Below are positions 1 through 7,732 of a stretch of 64,000 nucleotides of DNA, piece by piece; the stretch's first letter is position 1; the number at the start of each line of letters is the position of its first letter. The stretch is from positions 1,560-65,559 of the forward strand of contig CAMCWB010000001.1 of assembly GCA_945882315.1 (NCBI GenBank), in the 5' to 3' direction. Both the position numbers and the translations under genes were made by a program. The stretch is from Bauldia litoralis. GTDB lineage: Bacteria; Pseudomonadota; Alphaproteobacteria; Rhizobiales; Kaistiaceae. The notes under the pieces were generated by a model that was not told the DNA's origin, made no database searches, and saw only the letters and a program-made list of their open reading frames with translations.

Positions 1-82
1 ATCGCGGCCCGCGGACTTCTGCTATGTTCCGCCAGCATTCTTAGATTTCCCAATGCGCCGCGTTCCGGCTGGAGCTTTATGT

Positions 83-1849
83 ATGAGCCGTTTCCGCCTG
101 ACCCGCCGCAGCGCCATCGCAGGCCTCGGCACCGTCGCACTGGCTGGCGTGATTGGCGCGGGCGTTGCCCGCCACCTTCAACAGGGAAGGGAGGCGAGAC
201 TACTTGCCCTCGTGCCGGAGGCGTCGCCTGGGTGGACCAGTCGGGTCAGCGAACTCCATGACCGGCTTGGCCGTGGCGACTTCGCCGCGGCAGCCGAAAG
301 CGCGGGATACCTCACGGACGAAGCCTTCGCGCGCGCCGATAGGGTTGTCGAATGGTGGCTCGCCAAGCGTAGCAACTATCGCAACATGCTGCCACGCGAG
401 GCGCTCAGACAGACGCGACCGGTTTGGAATTACCGGGATTGCGCAGCGGATATGTATTGCCATTTCGTGATCCAGGCATCGCTCATGGCGCCGAGGCACC
501 TTGAAAATCTGCGAGAGATTCTCGCAGCGGAACGCGCCCTTTCCCGAGACCTCCCGCGAGCGATCTATCTCGACACCGGCGATCGGCTCGACGACACCCT
601 CGACGAACAGATTTTTGGCGCGGTCGAATATGCCAAGGACGGGCTGCTGCCGATCCTGGAGCGGGTGGGGCCGACGGAATGGCTCGATCGAATGCATGAA
701 GTTGTCGATGGGATCATCAGTGCTTCACCAGTCGAAAGCCGTCATGGCCGTCTGCCTAGCGAGGGCACTGAAAAGAACGGTGAATTCCTTCAGGTCCTGG
801 CGCGCCTTTATCATCGAGAGCGCGATCCGAGCTATCTGGTCGCCGGGCGCGCCATTGCGGATGCCTATACGCAGGAAGTTCTGCCCTTTGGCGACGGGCT
901 TCCATCCATGACCTGGGACTTCAAGGCCGGAGAGCCGCGCTCGCGCAAATTCCGCGTTCGCGACCATGGTAATGAGATCATCTCCGGGCTCGCAGAGTGG
1001 ATCGTGGCTGAGTCGGTTGCGCCAGAGGGCCAGGCCGAAAAATATCGCCCGGCCGTCGAGCATATGATGGACAAGTTGCTGGACCGCGCCCGCGATGCGT
1101 CCGGCCTCTGGGATGACAGGATCCAGACCGAGCAACGGCCCCGGCCAAACCATCCGGTAAATGACAATTGGGGTTATCTGACCGCTGGCTATGTAGGCTA
1201 TGCGCTGTCGCTGCCGGAGTCCTCGCCGCTAAGGCGACGCTATCTCGACGAATCGACCCGCGCACTTGCGTCGGTGATCGGTTACCGCGGCTCGCCTTGG
1301 GAACGGGGCCGGATGGACGGGTATGCCGACACCATAGAGGGCGGCTGCTACGTACTGCCCTATCTTGACGTCGACGGCGCCGCGCGTTGGATCGACGACC
1401 AGGCCGGTATCTTGATGGCCTATCAGCAGCCCGAAGGGTTTGTCGGCGGCACCTATCTCGATGGCAATTTCGTAAGGACGTCGCTTGCCTATGCCTTTTA
1501 CCGGACTCAGGGCGCGCGCCCGGATCCTTGGCGGCCCAGTCTTCGGCTCGGCGCTGTCACGTCCCCTCATGGCTTGCATGTATCGATCGCAAGCGGCGCG
1601 CCGTGGAGCGGGCGACTGGTCTTCGACAAGAACCGGCATCGCGATCATCTGAGGTTGGAGAAAGAGTATCCGCGACTGAACGGATGGACGGAGTGGTTTA
1701 CGATCGACCCGGCGCTGCAATATGAGGTGACCCGCAGCGCTCCGGATGTGCCAGCCGAAACGATGCTCGTCGACGGGGCGACCTTGGCTGCGGGCCTTCC
1801 GGTCGAGGTCACGAGACCCATGTCGCTTACGATCGCACGGCGGGCCTGA
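83..1849 (+). CDS. Secreted (Tat-signal) protein of unknown function
   Basis: ORF 53..1849. ATG at 83 follows GGAG (71-74). N-terminus MSRFRLTRRSAIAGLGTVALAG is a twin-arginine signal. No catalytic motif recognised by eye. Confidence 0.6.
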   Translation: MSRFRLTRRSAIAGLGTVALAGVIGAGVARHLQQGREARLLALVPEASPGWTSRVSELHDRLGRGDFAAAAESAGYLTDEAFARADRVVEWWLAKRSNYRNMLPREALRQTRPVWNYRDCAADMYCHFVIQASLMAPRHLENLREILAAERALSRDLPRAIYLDTGDRLDDTLDEQIFGAVEYAKDGLLPILERVGPTEWLDRMHEVVDGIISASPVESRHGRLPSEGTEKNGEFLQVLARLYHRERDPSYLVAGRAIADAYTQEVLPFGDGLPSMTWDFKAGEPRSRKFRVRDHGNEIISGLAEWIVAESVAPEGQAEKYRPAVEHMMDKLLDRARDASGLWDDRIQTEQRPRPNHPVNDNWGYLTAGYVGYALSLPESSPLRRRYLDESTRALASVIGYRGSPWERGRMDGYADTIEGGCYVLPYLDVDGAARWIDDQAGILMAYQQPEGFVGGTYLDGNFVRTSLAYAFYRTQGARPDPWRPSLRLGAVTSPHGLHVSIASGAPWSGRLVFDKNRHRDHLRLEKEYPRLNGWTEWFTIDPALQYEVTRSAPDVPAETMLVDGATLAAGLPVEVTRPMSLTIARRA

Positions 1850-1895
1850 AGCTGATGGGAACGTCGCGCCTTCGTCAGTAGGCCTGATTTGTCGG

Positions 1896-2010
1896 CTAGA
1901 AAAGAATCTCGTTGATGTCGACCTCGTCGGGCTGGCTGATCGCGAAGGCGACGCTCCTCGCGAAGGCGTCGGCTAGAATGGCCAACTCGTAGTCTTCATG
2001 GATGTGAAAT
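1896..2010 (-). pseudogene. C-terminal remnant of a short-chain dehydrogenase/reductase-like gene
   Basis: Minus-strand translation ends ...LAILADAFARSVAFAISQPDEVDINEILF-stop (TAG = cta at 1896-1898), resembling the conserved SDR C-terminus. No start codon and no ORF over 60 aa in that frame. Confidence 0.3.
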
Positions 2011-2522
2011 CGCTTCCAATAATTGGGCGCGAATTTACAGGCTGGCAGGCTTGGGCTGATCTGGGCAAATACCAAGATGGGCCTTGGGCCACAAAGAGCT
2101 TCGCCAAACTCTTGAATGCGGTGCGCGACTCTCAGACGAAAGGCTGGACAGCCTCAAGAATGAGTTCGGCAACTTCAATCTCAGAGGTCCCTGCATCGGA
2201 CGTGACTTTTGGGCGAACGCTGACGAGATAGCCAGTGTCCGCAGCGGAACTTTCAAAATGGAACCCGTGTGGGAGCCTTTTAGCGCGTATCGCACACTGT
2301 CAACTGGGCTGGTCGCATTTCTAGCGGCCGCGGCACTTACTCTCACAACGTTGGGGGTTGCAGTGATCGGCAGTTGGGTGTGGGGACAGCGGTAACCGTG
2401 TCGCCGCCGCCGGCTTCCTTTGTAGGGGTACATCATGCGCCGCCTCCAGGCGATGAGGGCTTTGGTACTGCCGGAATCGAAATCAGTTGCCGAACTCGAT
2501 CCCTGACATTGATCTGCAACGA

Positions 2523-3146
2523 TTATTTCTCAGGGCTATTCTTCCTTCCAAGCAGCCGTGCGAGCAGCATGAGAGTGCCGTCATTGAGGGTCTCCTCGTA
2601 GCGGTCGAATTGCTCCTCGGCCCGCCTGTACGTCGACCACCGCATCCATTTCGGCTTCGGCGGAAAGTCCCACTCCTCAGGATTGAAGCCACCGATTGAG
2701 CATAGCCGCGATTTAATCCGCGCCTGGCCCCGGTGCGCCAGATCGTCGGGGCCGAGGAATTGCGAATTGTAGGCGACTTGCCGTCCCCATCGTTTCCGAC
2801 AGGCGAATGTGCCAGCGCCCGGCGGCCTCCAGAGCACCATGCAGCGTTGCTGGAGATACGGGCAGATAAAGAACCATTGCCGACCGCCGAAATGGCGCGG
2901 ACGCGCGACGAGGTCGATGTGCTGGTCGAGGTGTCCAACCTTGATCTGAAACCAGCCGTGCCCGTCCTCTCCGCGCATGTCCGCGGTAATGGTGCCGGTG
3001 GCGATCTCGCCCCAGTAGTCACTATTCCAGGCAATGCCGACGGGCCCGGTAGCGGCGCCGGGGCGAATAAATCCACGACGAGCAAGGCGGTTGATGTCGA
3101 GCTTCAGCCCGCTCTCAAGTCGGGCCCGGTGGCCTGGTCGGGGCAT
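2523..3146 (-). CDS. Hypothetical protein (207 aa), last gene of the primase/ATPase module
   Basis: ORF 2523..3146. Its start lies 2 nt after the stop of the upstream ORF (3149). The sequence looks like real protein (WFFICPY, RKRWGRQVAYNSQF). No family recognised. Confidence 0.5.
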   Translation of the reverse strand: MPRPGHRARLESGLKLDINRLARRGFIRPGAATGPVGIAWNSDYWGEIATGTITADMRGEDGHGWFQIKVGHLDQHIDLVARPRHFGGRQWFFICPYLQQRCMVLWRPPGAGTFACRKRWGRQVAYNSQFLGPDDLAHRGQARIKSRLCSIGGFNPEEWDFPPKPKWMRWSTYRRAEEQFDRYEETLNDGTLMLLARLLGRKNSPEK

Positions 3147-3148
3147 AT

Positions 3149-3505
3149 CTAGTTCCTCGGCCCGTTCATGCCTTCAACCTCGTCCATTCGACCAGCTAAC
3201 GACGCGGGCCGCCTAGATCCCCAGCCCTGACATGCACGGCATAGGGGCTCGATCAACAGTTGCGCTGCCGTGAGGCGTGCCCAGGTGGCGGTGTTGTAGG
3301 GCCACTTAGCCATGCCGCCGCACCTCATCCGCAAGGTGGTGCAGCCCGGCGACGATCTCGCTCTTGTTCTCGTGAAAGCGTTCCGGCGGCGCGGATGCGG
3401 GGTCATGCGCTCCACACGATAGGCGAGGTCCAGCAGCTTCTTATCCGGCCACTGGTCCTTACCCTCGATAAGATCGGTAAGAAAGTAAGAAGCCCGGTCA
3501 CGCAT
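3149..3505 (-). CDS. Small ORF of doubtful integrity; the 3-prime part encodes an HNH-like N-terminal motif
   Basis: ORF 3149..3505 overlaps the upstream ATPase stop by 8 nt. The middle (HPRRRNAFTRTRARSSPGCTTLRMRCGG) looks like off-frame, Arg-rich translation. An alternative frame gives PPERFHENKSEIVAGLHHLADEVRRHG-stop, whose TAA overlaps an ATG at 3313 (ATGGCTAA). That ATG opens MAKWPYNTATWARLTAAQLLIEPLCRAC, an HNH-nuclease-like N-terminus with no HNH core downstream. Confidence 0.35.
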   Translation of the reverse strand: MRDRASYFLTDLIEGKDQWPDKKLLDLAYRVERMTPHPRRRNAFTRTRARSSPGCTTLRMRCGGMAKWPYNTATWARLTAAQLLIEPLCRACQGWGSRRPASLAGRMDEVEGMNGPRN

Positions 3506-4628
3506 TGCCCCAAGCCTCCGGGTCGTCCTTGTCCTCGTATCTTATCTTCTTATCGTTCTTATCGGGGGTAGAGGGGGAAACAGGGATAAGAGTGCTCCGC
3601 TCAGGGTGCACATACAGCCCGCGCCCTGCCTTTAGCACCTCCCCGGCCTTCGCCATCTTGAACAAGAGTTGGTCGGTGTTGTTGCGAGGCATCCCCGATG
3701 CAATGGACAGGTCGCGAGGGTTCATCGGCTCAGTGGCTTCGATAAGAACCGATAAGATTTCCTCACGCTCGTCGGTGCGGCGCACCTCGCTCGCCTTGCC
3801 CAGGGCACGCCAGCGGCAAGTCAGCTTCTCGAATTGCACCGCTGTCTCGATTTCCTCGATGTCGCGGCCACGGCCGTAGAGCGTGCATCCGTTCTGGTCG
3901 CGGTCGAGGATGATGGTGGTGTCGGCCGCGCCGGACAGGCCCAGGGTGCCGCTCACCTTCTCGAATGGGTCCGACTCGGCTCCGCTCTTGCGGGTGTGGT
4001 GCACTACGACGATCGCCACGCCGGTTTCCATCGCGAGGCTTTGCAACTCCTTGATGGCCAGATAGTCGGCCTCGTAAAGCGTCTGGTCCTTGCCCTTGGC
4101 GGTCGCTTTGAACATGGCCAGAACGTCCACGATCACCAGCCGCGCGGCGGGGTGCGCGTCGATCCATTCACGGATGGCAGCAACGCCCTCAGTCGCTCGC
4201 GGCCATTCTGTGGCGAGGTGAAGCCGATCGGGCACGGGGGCGTGCACCATGGCCTCCAGTTGCCAAAGCTTGCGGATGCGAGACTGGAGCCGCCGGCGGT
4301 TGTCTTCCAGCGCCAGATACAGCACGTCACCTTGCTCGCACCGCACGTCGCCCAGGCACACGCCGCCCTCTGCAACGGCCAGCCCGATTTCCATGCAGAA
4401 CCACGACTTGCCGAGTTTCGGCTTGCCGGCAAAGAGCGTCAGGCCTTCCGCTATATAGCCGGGCACCACATACTTGATCGGGTCAAACTCTAGCTCGCAT
4501 AGATCGCGAGCGGAGATAAACCGCGTGGCCTTCGCGGTCGAGCGCTTCTGCCCTGGAGCGAAGCGGGTGATGTTTACGCCTTCCACCTTGGGAAAGCCCT
4601 CCGGGGTCGTCTCAGCGTGATTAAGCAC
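3498..4628 (-). CDS. RecA-like AAA ATPase (AAA_25/RepA-type, replicative helicase-like)
   Basis: ORF 3498..4817. Walker A is GKPKLGKSW and Walker B is VLYLALED; IVVVHHTRK is also present. I place the start at GTG 4628, which overlaps the primase stop by 8 nt, because the 4817 start would overlap the primase by about 200 nt. Confidence 0.7.
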   Translation of the reverse strand: MLNHAETTPEGFPKVEGVNITRFAPGQKRSTAKATRFISARDLCELEFDPIKYVVPGYIAEGLTLFAGKPKLGKSWFCMEIGLAVAEGGVCLGDVRCEQGDVLYLALEDNRRRLQSRIRKLWQLEAMVHAPVPDRLHLATEWPRATEGVAAIREWIDAHPAARLVIVDVLAMFKATAKGKDQTLYEADYLAIKELQSLAMETGVAIVVVHHTRKSGAESDPFEKVSGTLGLSGAADTTIILDRDQNGCTLYGRGRDIEEIETAVQFEKLTCRWRALGKASEVRRTDEREEILSVLIEATEPMNPRDLSIASGMPRNNTDQLLFKMAKAGEVLKAGRGLYVHPERSTLIPVSPSTPDKNDKKIRYEDKDDPEAWGNA

Positions 4629-5484
4629 GGCGCGCCACCTTGTCGTTGAGGTCGGCACCAGCTTGGGTCGGTGCGAGAATGATGGTTTCGACGCCGGCCG
4701 CGTGAAGGCGCTCGCCTGCGGATCGAGCGGCGTTCTGGCCTGTCCCTGAGGCGTCGTTGTCGGCCGCGATCCACACGGATTCGATGCCAGGCAGGACGGG
4801 GAAGGCCGCGATGCCATTGGCGCTCAGGACGGGCCACACCGGCATGTTGCCCAAGTCGGGCAGTTCGCGGATGGAAAGGGCGGTCTCGATGCCCTCGCCA
4901 ATCGCGATAACCTTGGTCACGTTCGCGTCGTCGGTCAGCTTCACGGCACCGCCGCCGATCGGCCCATAGGCCTTGCGGTCGATCTTGCGGCCGCTGGCGT
5001 CGATCGCCGTCCGGTGGATAGCCTGGGGCTCATTGGTGACGATATTGCGCACCAGCCCGATCATGCAGCCGTGGCGCTCGCCCTTGCCGAACGGGCAGGA
5101 CGGATGCCAGCGCAGCGCCTCGCCCTGATAGGACACGCCACGGCTCGCGAGATAGGCGACGGCCGGTGTGCCCCCGATCGGTAGAGCCTCGCGCCAGAGA
5201 GTGCCGGCGCGCTCGATACGGTCGCGATCCTCAGGCGTCGGAGTGACGATAACCGCGGAACGGGTTTTGGCTGGGGTGAAGTCGCCCAAGCCAAGGCGCT
5301 CGCGCACATGATCCTTGCAGGCCCGCCAGTCGTCGCCGGCATGAGAGAACACGGCGAAGTCGTCGCCCGTGAAGGTGACGCTCAGCGAGCGGTCGCGGCG
5401 CGAGTGTCCGGGGCCAGGGCATAGCACATTGTTGCGGCCGGCCAGGTCGCCGCCCAGGGCTTTCGCAGCATAGGAGACGTTCAT
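4621..5484 (-). CDS. Toprim-domain primase-like protein (P4-alpha-type zinc-binding N-terminus)
   Basis: ORF 4621..5484. N-terminal LCPGPGHSRRDRSLSV is a zinc-ribbon-like motif. Toprim-like motifs are IAIGEGIETALS and WIAADNDASGTG. Confidence 0.65.
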   Translation of the reverse strand: MNVSYAAKALGGDLAGRNNVLCPGPGHSRRDRSLSVTFTGDDFAVFSHAGDDWRACKDHVRERLGLGDFTPAKTRSAVIVTPTPEDRDRIERAGTLWREALPIGGTPAVAYLASRGVSYQGEALRWHPSCPFGKGERHGCMIGLVRNIVTNEPQAIHRTAIDASGRKIDRKAYGPIGGGAVKLTDDANVTKVIAIGEGIETALSIRELPDLGNMPVWPVLSANGIAAFPVLPGIESVWIAADNDASGTGQNAARSAGERLHAAGVETIILAPTQAGADLNDKVARRA

Positions 5485-5713
5485 GCCGCACCTCCCATTG
5501 CCGCGAGGGAGGCCGTGCTATATTTTCTGCGCTTGGAATTGCTGCTCGCCTTTCCAAATCCACCGCCGTTCCTGATGCCAGTCGGGGCGGCGGTTTCATT
5601 TTGGGCAGGAAGTCCATCGCGGCGGTTTGCAAAGCGATGGCTAACCGATGGATTGTCGGTAGCCTCTTTCGGGGTCGGTTTGCAGCGAAGGCGAGAGAAT
5701 TCAACAACTGGCC

Positions 5714-5763
5714 TTAGACTACGAATCTGGGGGCCGGGAGTTCGAATCTCTCCGAGCGCGCCA
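5714..5763 (+). pseudogene. 3-prime fragment of tRNA-Arg(ACG), anticodon arm to CCA; candidate att site remnant
   Basis: Anticodon stem TTAGA/TCTGG flanks the loop CTACGAA (anticodon ACG), followed by variable loop GGGCC. T-arm is GGGAG-TTCGAAT-CTCTC, then acceptor 3-prime strand CGAGCGC, discriminator G and CCA at 5761-5763. The required 5-prime acceptor strand GCGCTCG and a D-arm are absent upstream. Confidence 0.7.
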
Positions 5764-6192
5764 ATCATTTCAATGTCTTAGGATTATTTCGCGGCCGGTT
5801 CGTTTGTCGACGTTGAGCATATTTTTAGCACGTTGACTGACGCCCAGAAGGCGCCGAGGTCCTGGACGTCAGGCCTTCGATAAATCGACAGGGGTCTCAC
5901 CCGCGCGCGCCAAGTCAGCGTTGAGATAGACCTAGCATCATGATATGCGAAAAACGCATGACTATCTCTACCGGCTCAAACCGAGGGTAGATTCGAGCCG
6001 GATCTTGCAGTCGATCCCAAGTCTATAGGGTATAGAAAAGCCGCGAGAATTTCCGCAAGGAGGAAATCGGGCGCGGAATACCCCATAGACTTTCTAAGTA
6101 TCTGTTCTTATTCTCTTTTTCTTTTTTGCCTCCCGTTGGGAGTAAAATAGTAGGGTAGAGAGAGGTATATGTACTCCCCTCACCTGGAAATT

Positions 6193-6233
6193 CTCCATCT
6201 ATAGGTTAAGAGTTATTTTACCTATAGATGGAG
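6193..6233. repeat. Perfect 13-bp inverted repeat (hairpin) CTCCATCTATAGG-N15-CCTATAGATGGAG followed by TTTTCTTT
   Basis: Read directly: arms at 6193-6205 and 6221-6233. It lies inside a 17-bp inverted repeat with one mismatch (6146-6162 and 6264-6280). Confidence 0.8.
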
Positions 6234-6292
6234 TTTTCTTTAGTTATTGGGATCACCTATCTACTCTCCACCCTACTATTCAGGAAGTCCCA

Positions 6293-6811
6293 ATGGGCCG
6301 TAGACGTGAGTCATTTCTTAAACGCATAGCCCGGCATGTCGGGCATACCGAGGAGAGCCTCACGGCCTTCCTCACGGCAGAGACCAAGAGCTGTCTGATC
6401 TGGACCGGGACCTTCAAGCCTCGGATTACGAAGGCAGTGCTTAAACAGATGGCTGGGCTCCAATTCCCCAGCATCCGCTACCCACGGCCGACGCTTTCAC
6501 CTGATGGCTTGAGCCCTACGCGACTGCTCTTCTGCATCTATCACGAGCTGCCCGAGCTAGACCCGAAGGTGTTCCTGCAGCGGCAATGCACCGATCCCGC
6601 GTGCATCTCACCATTTCACCGGACGCCGAAGGTCACCTTCAAACACGGTGAGAGGCAGTTCGCCGTCATCCCGCCTCTCAAATCGAGCCCGATTGATGGA
6701 CTGGTGGACATGTTCCGGGAGTGTGAGGAGGACTACCGGCATCATCCGGAGAATCTCGTTCATTACCCGCCCGAATTGGTAGCCGCTGCCTTTTCGAGGC
6801 TCGGTTGGTAA
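6293..6811 (+). CDS. Hypothetical protein with HNH_3-like Cys motif, lower GC than flanks
   Basis: ORF 6293..6811 with AGGAAG 5 nt upstream of the ATG. SCLIWTG...QCTDPACISPFH resembles the C-x-W-x-G ... C-x-N-P-x-C-x-N-P-x-H pattern of phage-type HNH_3 proteins. Weak call. Confidence 0.45.
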   Translation: MGRRRESFLKRIARHVGHTEESLTAFLTAETKSCLIWTGTFKPRITKAVLKQMAGLQFPSIRYPRPTLSPDGLSPTRLLFCIYHELPELDPKVFLQRQCTDPACISPFHRTPKVTFKHGERQFAVIPPLKSSPIDGLVDMFRECEEDYRHHPENLVHYPPELVAAAFSRLGW

Positions 6812-7010
6812 GCCTAAGTAAACGAGCTCGCTTTCCTGATTGCTCTGTCGAATTTATCCTCCGTCCGATCCAACTATATGGCCTGTTGCCGACTCTCGGA
6901 CGCCTGTGGAGTCGATTTTTTACTCTCCATCTGGAGTACCTAGGGAAAAGCACCTACGCGCCTCCAGAGGCATCCGCACCGGTGGGCAACTCCAATACGG
7001 CCGCTTGTCC

Positions 7011-7039
7011 AATTACCCTGACGAAAGGTCAGGGTAATT
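7011..7039. repeat. Perfect 12-bp stem / 5-nt loop hairpin AATTACCCTGAC-GAAAG-GTCAGGGTAATT
   Basis: Read directly. It lies just downstream of the minus-strand ImmA-like fragment. No U-tract on either strand. Confidence 0.8.
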
Positions 7040-7066
7040 CAATCACAGTCGCCATGCCGGGTCGCT

Positions 7067-7405
7067 CTACCGCGCCCAGAGGATATAGCCGTCGCAGGAG
7101 ACAACGAGGATCGCCCGTTTCCGGGTATAGCCGAGCCAGCGCAGGACCGCCGCGATCAGCGAGACGTTGTACCGCTCGGCGCAAGCGCGGAGAACGTCGA
7201 TATCGACCCTGGCGTCATCGGGAACCTGGCGGCGGAAGTCGTCGAGCGGCATCAGGAAATTGCAGCGGGGCCGCTTTTTGCCGATCAGACTGCCGATGGC
7301 GAAGAAGCGAGCGGGACCATCTATGTACTCCGCAGCAAATCCGACCATCCGGTTGTCGCGGCCAATCGCGCCATTCTGCAGCGACGTCGCGCGCCGCCTC
7401 GTCAA
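7067..7405 (-). pseudogene. Fragment of an ImmA/IrrE (DUF955) family protein lacking the HExxH region
   Basis: ORF 7067..7405. ...RCNFLMPLDDFRRQV...LRACAERYNVSLIAAVLRWLGY... resembles the region downstream of the metallopeptidase motif. No HExxH is present, and the N-terminal residues look like off-frame sequence. Confidence 0.4.
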
Positions 7406-7727
7406 CGCAAAACTCGATCCGACATTCCTGATGGCGGATGTGGAGATCGTGGCGACCTACGAGCTTTACAACATCAACCGAACGCGGCTCGAAAACCTCA
7501 TCCATCGCATCTTTGGCCCCGCGCGGCTCGACATTGAAATCAAGGATCGCTTTGGTCAGCCGGTAATTCCGCGTGAGTGGTTCCTGGTGCCGATTTTCGT
7601 CGTCGATCAGGCCGTCGACATGATCAAGGACGGCACTATCACCGGCTACAGGTACGATCCGAAGGCCGCAAAATTGGTGCAAGCCGACGAGCGAGCAATA
7701 ATTACCGATCGTATGTTTTGCGTGTGA
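7401..7727 (+). pseudogene. C-terminal fragment of a GIY-YIG / T5orf172 (MUG113) family protein
   Basis: In ORF 7167..7727 only the part from about 7401 looks like protein: DPTFLMADVEIVATYELYNINRTRLENLIHRIFGPARLDIEIKDRFGQPVIPREWFLVPIFVVDQAVDMIKDGTITGYRYDP. The upstream part is antisense to the ImmA fragment. The GIY-YIG N-terminal half is missing. Confidence 0.55.
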
Positions 7728-7732
7728 GTCCA

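Noticed and set aside
2084-2395. 103-aa ORF with a C-terminal hydrophobic segment, and overlapping ORFs at 1998..2231 and 2035..2436
   Set aside because: There are three mutually overlapping short ORFs in a decayed region, with no RBS or motif support for any of them.
5688-5763. Possible complete tRNA-Arg gene
   Set aside because: The T-arm, variable loop, anticodon arm and CCA end fold well. But the 5-prime acceptor strand (GCGCTCG needed; GCGAGAG found, only 4 of 7 positions pair) and any D-arm are missing. I therefore call only a 3-prime fragment.
6146-6280. 135-bp unit bounded by 17-bp inverted repeats as a MITE
   Set aside because: No target-site duplication flanks it (AGTAA versus CAGGA) and I saw no second copy in the window. 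It is kept only as a structural observation.
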